The notes beneath the pieces were generated by a model that did no database searches, was not told the origin of the DNA, and saw only the letters and a list, made by a program, of their open reading frames with translations. A stretch of 64,000 nucleotides of DNA, from assembly GCA_900088475.1 (NCBI GenBank), contig FLMG01000135.1, forward strand, positions 124,001-188,000. Direction: 5' to 3'. The translations under genes and the position numbers were made by a program. Positions 53,901 to 64,000 of the stretch are shown here, one piece after another. Source of the DNA: Hyphochytrium catenoides. Lineage: Eukaryota; Protista; Hyphochytriomycota. How positions within the stretch are numbered: the stretch's first letter is position 1; each line of letters starts with the position of its first letter.

Positions 53901-55919
53901 ATTGTCCGGCCCACAACCCACATATCCCTGAGGTCGTCTGCATACGCAGTAGAGGGCTTCGTCCGGGAGAAGGAAGAGACTATACCGCGATAAGCTCGAA
54001 TGCACCTGCATCACACCCGGGGAGCTGTTAAAATGTTTTTTCGTTAAGTGAGGATGAGAGTTATGACAACCTTAATCCACTCTCGAGGTCCTTGGTCAAA
54101 CTCAATTTCAAACATTCCAGTCACAGGGGCATAAGCAACAACCAGCCCAGCCTTTGTGCTGCTTTTCCTGGCCGCTATTACTCGCCGACCAACCAGTGAG
54201 ATCGCAGTTAATCTACTGACTGGTGGTGACTGTCCACAAATTTGGGTCCACAACGGCAGCTGAATCAAATCATCTATATTGGAAGCACGAATGTGAATAG
54301 ACTCCTTTGGTGATTATAAAAGAACTGTTGCTTTCACACCTTGAGATGCCACTTCTGCGCAACCCGAGTGACATCGATAGCCACATTGCTGGCACGAGAT
54401 TACTGCCAAATCTTGCCCAAGCAAGCCGCAGCCGAAGCAGTATTCTTCCGGGAGCTCTACTTGGTTGCAGACTTCATTAAGCAAAGGCTGATGACGAAAG
54501 CGCAAGTGTCCGGAGTCAAGCTGTACCCAAGGAGGGCGGGAGTCCTATCAGTCCTGCCGCACCCTTTATGGGGGCGCCATGTTGTAGGCTTACCAGATCA
54601 AGGTTAACCCATACAATCTCTCCATCGTCGAACTCTACTTCATGCTGCTTTATGCTGGAGTTGTAAGACTTGATGGTGGCCTTCTGCCAGACACGCTCTG
54701 CCGGTACCCATATCTCGACGCTGGTGCCATCAAGGGCACCGCCTCCTTCCTGAGGGTTCAGCCGGAAAGGGTCTACAAGAATCAAACTGTTAGAGTCATA
54801 TCACACAGCCTGGATGACGACTTACGAATTGATGGCCGCGGTATACAAGATCGTCTTCGCTGAGCCTCCCGGAGGCAATATCGGCAGCTACATGAGCCTC
54901 TGCAGACTAAGCATGGCACAGCGACCTCCATCAGACCCGGGAGGTGAGATCCTACGGCATTGCTGACATCGCGCGACAGACAGGCGTTGCAGAAATGAAG
55001 CCTGCATTCCGGATTGCAGCACCTAAAGCCGTTCAAGGAATAATCGATGCGACGGCAGAGATGGCAAAATTCAACGTTCTCCTCTGGTGTGCTAGCAGCT
55101 AAATCCGGAAGAGGATAGTAGATATCATCCTCAAGACAGTAGGCATGGCTGACGAAGAACCTGTAAGGATAAGGATTTTCTGCTAATAGAGTATTTCTAG
55201 ACATGTGGCACATGCCAGCCATCTTGACTGCTTCATGAGTGTCTCTTGCATCATGAATTGCAATGATCTCGCATAAACGGATAATATCCGTCCGACTCAA
55301 AAAGATGCTAAGGGGTTCATGGCTCTCGGCACTCTCACTTAAGAGCTCAGCTGGCTTCCTGAGGGCGACCTCATAAGCCACTAGAGGACCAGCAGATAAC
55401 AATCAGAACTCAAGCTCACCGCCTTCGTAGTGCTTGAAACACCTCAAAAGGTCCATGGCATGCTGATCTACCCGAGGCTGTCTGCTCTGGTGTCCAGTAG
55501 CGGACCGCCTCCACAATCTCTTGTCCTGACCTTCAATGAAACGGGGTGAAGACACCAGCGTCAACAAATGAGCGCTCCATCCCATATAACGTAGGAACGA
55601 CGAACCTGCTTGTGTATACTCTCACTACCTTGGCGATAGAGCACTTTAGGTGTTGCCCAAATTCTCGCCTAGCGCCATACTTGGAAGAGCCTTCAGCTAT
55701 CATCAAGCATGTGCCAGGAACGAGCGGCTCCTTGTAGCAGTGGTCGTCGGTGATCTCCGACATTGGATCAGTTGCTGCTTCCGAAGCTGAGTCAGGGTGT
55801 GCATCTACTCCTTCAAGTTTCAGTTTTTCAGAACAGGGAATGTTGAGTAAGCCTTTGGCCTTCATTCCCAAGCCATGTGGTTCTACGGGCTGAGAGTCTT
55901 GGGTTCCGTAAGGGTCCAT
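50972..55919 (-). CDS. SET1/trithorax-class histone H3K4 methyltransferase with BAH, zf-4CXXC_R1-like, two Tudor-like and PHD domains
   Basis: SET motifs [18 protein letters not shown]|[41 protein letters not shown] and post-[16 protein letters not shown]. Upstream modules: LYCVC..MVECAEC..FHLSC (PHD), [33 protein letters not shown] (Tudor), [15 protein letters not shown] (BAH). Confidence 0.88.
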
Positions 55920-57228
55920 GCCGGGTTATCCGCCTAGGATATCGCGTTGTCCTGACCGGTTTACCGTTCACTCCTCCGCTCTTTTCTTTTCATCGCCACA
56001 CCTTTGCTTCATGACAGATTCGCCATTGCACTACTCTTTGTGGACCACCGCCAACTTGGTAAGTCCATAGCTGTCCATCTACGAGAAGAAGAGTCGGCGC
56101 GCTTCTCCACTCTTAGCTGTAGTCGGTGCCTTCAGTGATCCCTTCATCCGCCTCTTTCATGAACCCTTATTAGAATCAGAAGTTAACCGGCCACTTCGTA
56201 CTTGTAGAAAGGAGGCAACTGTCCCTATGTTGATCCTGCTGCTTTGCCCTCAAGAACCTTTCAGTTCAACCACTTTTGCTTAAACCACGCTGAAGCAAAA
56301 TAATCCAGATACGGGAGATGCTTACGGAGATACGTTGATGTTAGAGAGATTTGACTGCTGTTGGAAGTAATGGAGCTTCGTTTCCGAGCCCGTCGAGCTC
56401 TCATACATGCTCTTCCAGATTTTCGGCAATGCTGCAGAAACTGCGGAAGCAGAAAATTGCGAAGCGAATTTGGTTTGTTACTTTTGCCGTACACATTCCG
56501 GACGCGATGCCATGGAGCTGGCACCTACTGTACCGTACACCGCCAGGAACCACAAGCCAAGAGAGCGTTCATCCTGAATGAATAGTGCCATATATTCGGA
56601 ATCCCAGGGCTTCTTCTCTTTTTGAAAGGACAGCATGCAGCGCTTCGGAAGGATGGGCTTGGACTCTCTAGGCGGCACATCAGCGGTACCTCAAGGCCCC
56701 GGCGGCGGTGGCGGCGGACAGAGGGACCTCCACTGTTTACATCGATGACGTGACTGTTGGACAATGACCCAGCCAGTCCACAAACTCGTCAGGCGATGCT
56801 GCCAAAGAGAGGCGATCTATTATGGTGGTGAACAAGTCCGACATTAGTACACGCTGTATTACTCTTGCTGGGGTGGGGCGTTGTGACTGTCTTGACACAT
56901 GAGTCCACAGGCACTATTATCTAGTAAACTTCTCATCGTCACGCAGTGTGAGGTGTGGCCCTGGACGCAGAGTCAAAGATCAACTGCAATAGCCCAACAG
57001 CTAGCTCTACCACTGAAAGCATTCGGCACGATACGTGGGTAGCGGTGCTTGCAGTACTGGTCGTCCGGCCCACCTATTAAGCCCCGTTATCTATATATAG
57101 CTGCCCAGTTCGGTGCTTGACTGTGGGCGCAGGAGCTTGGGGCACTTCACTGTGGACAAAACAGTTGCTTTGTCCTCAGTTCGAGTTATTGAAGTGCGAT
57201 GCTTGGGTACGGATTGGCTCCAACTGGA

Positions 57229-60200
57229 TTATTCTTCGTCAAACCAGCGTGATCGTTTCAGATTCTCTGCTTTGGCGCTGCCAAAAAGCTTGGATTTATA
57301 AGTGTCCACCAGCTTGTCAAAGTCTCTTTCTTGCTTAGCCTCGCGTTTCTCAGCCGCCCTCTTTTTGGGTTCCTTTCGACTCCTCTTCCTGCCTTCTTCA
57401 ATAGGCTGCGCCTGACAAACCCCATCAGAATGAGAGGTGAGGGCCTTTCCTCTTCACTGCGAACTTACCTGCAGTAGGTTCTCTTCTTCTGGCATTTGTC
57501 GGTGTCTCTTCCTGGGTCCTACAGGCACTTGTTCCCCTTTCTGACTCTTCAGCGATGCAAGCTTTCCAGTGGTGTTTTTCGCCTCTGATGTTTCTTTACT
57601 CGTGTTGGCTGAGTGGTCAAGCTTTCTTCGCTTAACATCCTTGCCCTCTGCGGCTTCTGCGGCTTGCTTCTTCCGTTCACGCTGCCGCTTCCCTCGGCTC
57701 TTCTTTACGGGCTTCTCAGACTCGTCAACCAAGAGGTGCTTGGCCTTTGCCTCCTCGACCTTCTTCTTCTCCCTGTCTTTCCGCCGCGCCTACGAGATAT
57801 ATAATAAGAGTGGAAGTTTGATTTTGCGGAGCTGGAGCTGCTGTACCTCTTGTATCCGAAGCTTCTTGAGATTCTCCACAGAAAACTCGACTATCAGCCG
57901 GGGTCGAGCATCCACAGGGGCACGTTGCTTTAGTGCGGCCCTGCCTCCCTTCAGCCACATCGTTCACGTTAGCTCTTAACCTATTTGTGACAGGCAAGAA
58001 AAAGGTGAAGTTCTAACCGTGGCATTCTCGCTATAGGCTGGGTTGTTATTCAGCTCCCTTAGTGCTGCCAGGGCGTGAACATGCTCTGTGAACTCCACAA
58101 AGCCAAACCTAGAGAATAGCAGAGAATGAAGGTTTAGAGTAGAAGCGCACGGAGCTATATCAAGGTCATGCACGTGCCAGACAACCTAACTCACTGGCGG
58201 AGAGAAATTCAAACATAAGACATTCACATATCTAGTGCGGGTAATAATCAAGATGACGACGAACCCTTTCGACTTCGGCCGGCCCTTGGAATCCTTTTCC
58301 TCAGCATCCCGTGTCACCTTGGCCGTTAAAATCTTCACTGGAGGATAGCGCCCTGAGGAAAGCTCCTTCATTCGCAGATGAGGCGCGGGTTCATCAAAGG
58401 ACACCAACTTCTTCTCCATGCCTTTCTGAGCAGCGCTCCGAAAGAGATTTTGGAGACTTCTGTCATCTGCAGAGCAGTTATATGAGTCTTACTGCAACAT
58501 CACTACGGAAGGACTTACTCCCACCAGTATCTTTATCCAGGTTCCGTACTGAAAGTCTGGTTGGGGAGATGAAGAAGAGCGGGTTCCGCAATTTCTCTTT
58601 TTTCTCCTTCTGCGCCCGTCTTCGTTTCTCAATATCCCCTTGAGGAAGTGTTGGCTTTTCCTCTTTTTCCTGCAGCCCATCGAGAACGTCAGTATGAGTA
58701 GCTACCCAATGGCAAAGCCATGAGCACGTACAAAATTAGTGTTAACGTAGCCCTCAGACCCTAAGTATAGGTTTCGCTTGTCTGTCTTCTGTTTTTTCTT
58801 CTCATCACTCAAAGTGGTCGCCTGGGTCCTACGGTTCAGGTGTCAACAGTTTGGCCACGAAAAATGACTAGGCCGTTGCAGCAGTTGAAAGGGAAAGGGA
58901 CTTTACAATCTGACCTGTCAACAGCGGGGGAGATAACCAACACCCGGCCATCTAGAGTCACCCCACCAGCAGCCATAGCGAGCGCTGCAGAGTTCTCGAC
59001 TTGCTTTTTCTTTTTGCCCAAGTTTCCAAGTTTCTCTAATGATGCTTCACCGGCTTTGATGGCCCTTTTGGCTGAATCTTCATCCCTGAAAAGGACGAAG
59101 GCATTTCCTTTCGGCAGCCCATTATCCTTATTCTGCACCTACGACAGGCTTAGCGCCACCGGCTTTTTGGAGTGTGCTTATTGCTCAAGTCCTTACCATT
59201 TTAACATATTTCACGCGACCAAACTGTTCAAAGCACTTCTTCAGAGCATCTTCAGAGGTCTCGAAGAGGATATTTCGTACAAAAACTGTGCGCCTCAGCT
59301 CTTCTTCCGGAGGTGGTTGACTTACTTTTGGCTTCGACATTGCTGCCTTGCCTTCATTACTTGGCCCTGCGCCTGGCCCTTCTTCATCCTCCTCCGGTTC
59401 TTCATCAGATTCTCCCTTTGTAGAAACTTCATCTTCAGCTCCTGACGACGACTTGCCTTCATCGTTGTCTTCCTCACTAGTGTCACCACTTTCGCTGGCA
59501 TCTTCTTCTGGCTGATCTTCTTCCCTCTCTGTCTCGTCTGAAAACTTTTTGCTCATGTCCAAGTTCTGGTCTGGATTCGAAGGTTTATAGAGTTCAGCTC
59601 CAATCACTTTACGATGTTAGTGGCACAATCAAAGTGTACCTTCCTGAGCTTGAGATTTGGCCTCACCCTCCTCTAAAGCTTGACTCGTGGCAGTCGTGGT
59701 CTCACTTGGGTTATTTCCCTCGCCTTCCTGCTGCAGAGAGAGCCTTTGAAAGGACGAAGCCGAGACTGCCCAATCCACAGCAATAGGTCTCCCTCTGAGC
59801 TTTTGCCCGTTCTTGGAGCTCATCGCCGCGGCAGATGCCGACTGAAGGTAAAATTCAACGAAAGCAAATCCCCGATTTTGGCCTGTAATTATTGGCAGTG
59901 AGTAGCAGACTTCTGCAGAAGGACCTTCAGTCTCCTCTATCTCAATACCTGGCTGCTTCTCAGGTACATTGACATCGTTGAGGAGACCATACGGCTCAAA
60001 GTCCTTCCGAAGCTCGTTGGCGGTTATCTGGACGGGATGCTAAGTAGGTCGAAAAGAGTCCCAGAACACCTGTAATGCGGGTAGAGACTGACCTTGAATG
60101 GAATGTTCCGGACAATTAGTCGATTCTGCCTAACGTTTGCCAAGCTACAAGGACTTCNNNNNNNNNNNNNNNNNNNNNNNNNNNNNNNNNNNNNNNNNNN

Positions 60201-61025
60201 NNNNNNNNNNNNNNNNCGTTCCTTTGTGACACAATCTTCTCCCACTATCTCTACGCTGGATACGGGTCCAATCTTTCTTGCCCTACGTGCAGGAAGAATC
60301 AACCTGACAAGAAGGCCGTGCGGCTTGGACATACAGTTCAGGCGAATACCTGATACGCAGATGCTTGTCGGTCACATCGGGGCCAAAGCCTCGGAGCACT
60401 ATCGTCTTGTGCGCTTGTGTGTGTCTCACTGAATTGGCCTTTGGCGTTGGGGCAGTTGCAACCTTCAACTTCAGTGGGGCGTTCTCTTGCTCTGGAGTGG
60501 TATCGGTCTCGGTTGACTCATCTGGCTTATGAGGCTTGTCTTTCTTTCTCTTAGCTTTATCCTTCAAATCAACAGGAAGTTCTCCTTTCTTGAGCGCTAG
60601 CTCTGAAGCAAAAAGTTAGCAACTTCTCTTGCCGTAACGTGGCGGATCACCAAACCTACCAACTTTAATTGGCCGGCCCTCCAACTTGTGCTTGTTCAAT
60701 TTGGCGGCAGCTTCTACCGCATCTTCTGCTAAACCGCTGGCATGATTCTTTGAGTCTCAACACTCTTCTGTCCCCAACAATGACTGGTAAGTACTTACAA
60801 CTTTACGAAACCAAAGCCTCGAGACTGTTTGTCTTTGTCAAGTATAATGGACACATTCTTCACCGGTCCAATTTCGCCGAAAAGCTCTTCCAATGCCTCC
60901 TTCGTGACATTGTACGGCAGGTTTCTGACGAAGACGGTGGACTTTGCCTTCTGCTGTCCGGCTTCTACTACTTCATCGCTAATTTCTGGAGCACCATCCC
61001 CTGAAGGAGATTCTGCTACTTCCAT
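57229..61025 (-). CDS. RBM28: Nucleolar multi-RRM protein RBM28/Nop4
   Basis: RRM1 TVFVRNLPY..RGFGFVKF, RLIVRNIPF, RGRPIAVDWA, acidic linker, TVFVRNILF..KGNAFV, RNLYL, TRLSVRNL, GFVEFTEHVHALAALRELNNNP, RLIVEFS and C-terminal RWFDEE*. Confidence 0.94.
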
Positions 61026-61833
61026 TGCTGTGTGTCGTCCGGTATCGAGTGGCGTCGAAAGGAGCCAATATGAAGAGGACAACCGCGGCAGACTAAGCCA
61101 CGAGAGGATCTCGCAGCGCGAATGGGAGGCAGAGTTCGAGAGGATCAGATGCTCGAGGCCGCAGCTCCTATGAAGATGCTAGTAGGCAATGGTAGATCAG
61201 GAGCTTGAGGAAGGTAGAGCGCAAGATGTCAGTTCCAAGATAACGAAGGGAAACGTTCTGCCCCATGCTCTCGGGAGCTGATGATGTGATTGATGATGGG
61301 AGAGCCTCATCTGTCCTCCAATGATGCCCAATAACCCGGGTCTCCTTCTTGGATCAGAACACCAGCATGGAGCTGTAGGTTGCTATGATAACCATAAAGC
61401 CCAATATATTATCCAGGTTGCCCTATATGGTGTTGTTCTAGGAGGACCTACAATCTACAGAGCCGTTTCTCGGGTTCTGACCTGCGAACACAGACATCGC
61501 TTCGTACAATCACCGCCTCCGGCTCCATCTCCGGCTCCGCCCCACAATGAGAACTGCTGACTGTCCGGCCTCTATAATAGAGCTCTGGCAAACGGAGTGG
61601 ACATGTCAAGAGCGGTGCTGGAGAGGGGACCTGCTAATAGCTTTGAGAGACGTATGAAACTCATGATAGAAAATAAGTATAGACGTTCGAGATGTGGCTC
61701 GAGGTTCGGCTGGTGAATGTGGGGCAATACCTTAGGTGTGATAGGATCAACTGAGTTTATCGGATGGAATGCTTATGATAAGGTTGGCGTCAGTGGAGAG
61801 CAGCGAAAGCACATTTGATCAACTGTATGTGCC

Positions 61834-61863
61834 TATATATATGTGCGTGTGTGTGTGTGTGTG
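61834..61863. repeat. Short compound (TA)n/(GT)n microsatellite
   Basis: TATATATATGTGCGTGTGTGTGTGTGTGTG seen directly. Confidence 0.8.
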
Positions 61864-61919
61864 ATAATGCCAGAACATCAGCCCACACAATGGTCCTGGC
61901 TACTACGGCACTCTGCAAT

Positions 61920-63212
61920 TTATAGGGAACTGTATCTGAATTTCTCTTTTGCTAGCTCGTCCTGAAGCCCGTCTTCCAAAAAAATCTTAATCCTGGGACC
62001 GAAGAGCTTGTCCTGCAGCCTAGGCTTGAATACCGCGTGATGCCCATATTCCACCTCAAAGAGGTCCAGCTCCACATTGCTGTTGTGTGATGCCAGCGTG
62101 TCGAACAAGAATTTCTGCTCGGTTCTTGGGATGAACTCATCCTTATTTACCCCAAGAATAAGGGTACGCGCCTGTATGGTTGACATGCCTTCACGAAGTC
62201 CTCCCTTCCTCCCTGTTCCCATATCCTGGAGGTCTGCTGCCCTAAGTAGAAGGATGTAGCAGTTGGGATCATACATCTTGGCGAACTTCGTGGCTTCGTT
62301 ATGCAGATAATTTTCGACCTCGAAGGTGAGCTCATCGAAGTCAACCGCCTCGCCCATAATCTCCCAGTCAAAGGAGGTATCGAACTCATGTCGAGACATA
62401 TAGGTTGCCAATGCCAGCTCGCGGGCGATAGCCAAACCCCTTGTGGGATGATGATGGAGGTCATAGAACCCATCCTGAAGGATGNNNNNNNNNNNNTTAC
62501 TATCAACCTTTCCAGCCGCTCTGGAAAGAGTGAGGCAAACTGCAATGCAGCCATTCCCCCCAAGCTTGCGCCAACGACTGCGTGAACCTTTTGAAGTCCC
62601 AGATGATCCATGAGCATGGCGTGGCAGGCTGCAATATCTCCCGGTGTGATTTGTGGAAAGGATGCCATGTAGGGTTTCCGGGTCTCTGGGTTAGTCTCTA
62701 TTGGAGAAGATGTTCCGAAAGGCGCACCCAGTGTGGCTGGGCAGATGACACGAAAATGCGTCGTGTCAATATGCTTGTTAGGGCCAATTATGTTGTTCCA
62801 CCAGCCCGGGCTAAGGAGACAGGATAGTTTATGAGGGTCTGACACAGGTGTAGGTGTTGAATGAATCTTACCGAGGGTCGTCGAGGTTTCGAGCAGCATG
62901 ACTGGAGTTTGACATTCCAGGAAGTACAAAGACGGTCCGCTCTGCCGGGAGACTGGGATCTCCCCATTGATCCCAGGTAATGACCGGATTGCGTATCACC
63001 TGCCCATCGAGTTGTAGCTGTAGAGTCCCATCCATAGTCTCGCGGAATTTGGACCGCCGCATGTCGGAAGCGGTCGCTAAAGATCGCTTCCTGGCACCAG
63101 ATTGACTAGACCTCGGCGGCCTTGGCTGTTCTGCATGTGGGGCAGCAACCCCGGCCAAAGGACGTAAAATATTGGCCCGATAGGACAGTAGAGAGCGGCT
63201 TGCTTGCATCAT
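61920..63212 (-). CDS. MetX/Cys2-family (homoserine/serine O-acyltransferase, alpha/beta hydrolase) with probable mitochondrial presequence; one intron, one gap
   Basis: PGMSNSSHA..PGWWNNIIGP..IDT, FPQITPGDIA, nucleophile elbow VGASLGGM, ARELA, YDPNCY, GVNKDEFIP and YGHHAVF. The N-terminus MMQASRSLLSYRANILRPL is Arg-rich. Confidence 0.88.
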
Positions 63213-64000
63213 GATCCCAGTAAGTTTAATACGCTCGGCAGTCCGTCTCCAAAGCTTGCAATGGTAGGATAGATAGCCCACTTGATGACCATATGAAACC
63301 TTCCAAGAAGCACTCGGTGAGGCGTCACAGATCTCAAGCAGTGATCTGTGTGAAGACTGAAGGATGGCAAGATGGGCGATCTGTCGATTCTGGCCTGTCC
63401 GGGTTTCCTGACTTTTCTGATGTAGAAAGACGCTACAGTCCCCAGACTTTGGCCGCTAACGTACCAAAGAGTAAGGTTGGAAGGAAAGATTTGGGGGCTT
63501 TTGGAGACAGCTGGGGTTGCTGGGGTGATGAGGCTTCCAGCTGGGAAGGACGAAGACTGCAGATGAGGTTTGCACAGTCTCTTTGGATAGAGCACCGACC
63601 AATAGACTCTACTAGTAAGGGCAATCCAGCTTCGTCGCTGGGGCTTGATGCTTCATCAGTCCTCTTAAGGTGCGCCGTGTCCTCACTAAGCTTGGCTGGC
63701 AGCCTGCCTTTGCTAGGGTACAAATGGAGGACAGTAACAGAAGGTCTAACTGCATGCGTTGATGCAATTATCCGAAAGCTTTCTATCACATCTCCCTATG
63801 ATATGTCGCGCACTTGATTCAGTCACTGAGCAGAATGAATGGCTATCAGTGGAATCACTAGTATAACGGCTCAGATGGAACCTTAGACAAAGAAGACTTG
63901 TCCTTCTACCGTCAAGGAGGCAGCAGCTGAAGTGCTCGTTCCGTCCTAGAAGGTATATAGGGCAATGAAGAGAGTGCAGCCCGGAAGATGACACATATTG

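Noticed and set aside
63293-63994. Overlapping 80-174 aa ORFs on both strands at the window end
   Set aside because: No domain similarity. They are probably promoter/UTR shadow ORFs.

Overview
Gene-dense, intron-rich eukaryotic genomic DNA (~50% GC, short introns, five N-gaps) in the standard genetic code. It is probably a centriole-bearing protist, possibly a stramenopile; that assignment is an inference only. Manual splicing gives 15 protein genes: PP5 phosphatase (5'-partial), CEP76, an uncharacterised C2H2-finger/IQ protein, mitochondrial release factor 1, tepsin, SMC5, a questin-oxidase/DUF4243 protein, a TMTC O-mannosyltransferase, an intronless secreted Q/N/P-repeat protein, an ankyrin-DHHC palmitoyltransferase, an intronless DUF1206 membrane protein, alanyl-tRNA synthetase, a SET1-like methyltransferase, RBM28/Nop4 and a MetX/Cys2-family acyltransferase. 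A decayed Ty1/copia element is also present. No tRNA, rRNA or CRISPR was recognised. The most notable observations are: (1) a U12-type AT-AC minor-spliceosome intron in TMTC; (2) a SET1-like enzyme fused to BAH, zf-4CXXC, Tudor and PHD readers; (3) a secreted protein whose Q/N/P repeats are clamped by two CxCxC motifs and which carries RxL sites; (4) a DHWC palmitoyltransferase that has lost one zinc site; (5) a MetX-family enzyme with HH instead of HD at the catalytic His; (6) a duplicated 'poison' splice acceptor in PP5; (7) a possible hidden mitochondrial-targeting exon of AlaRS.
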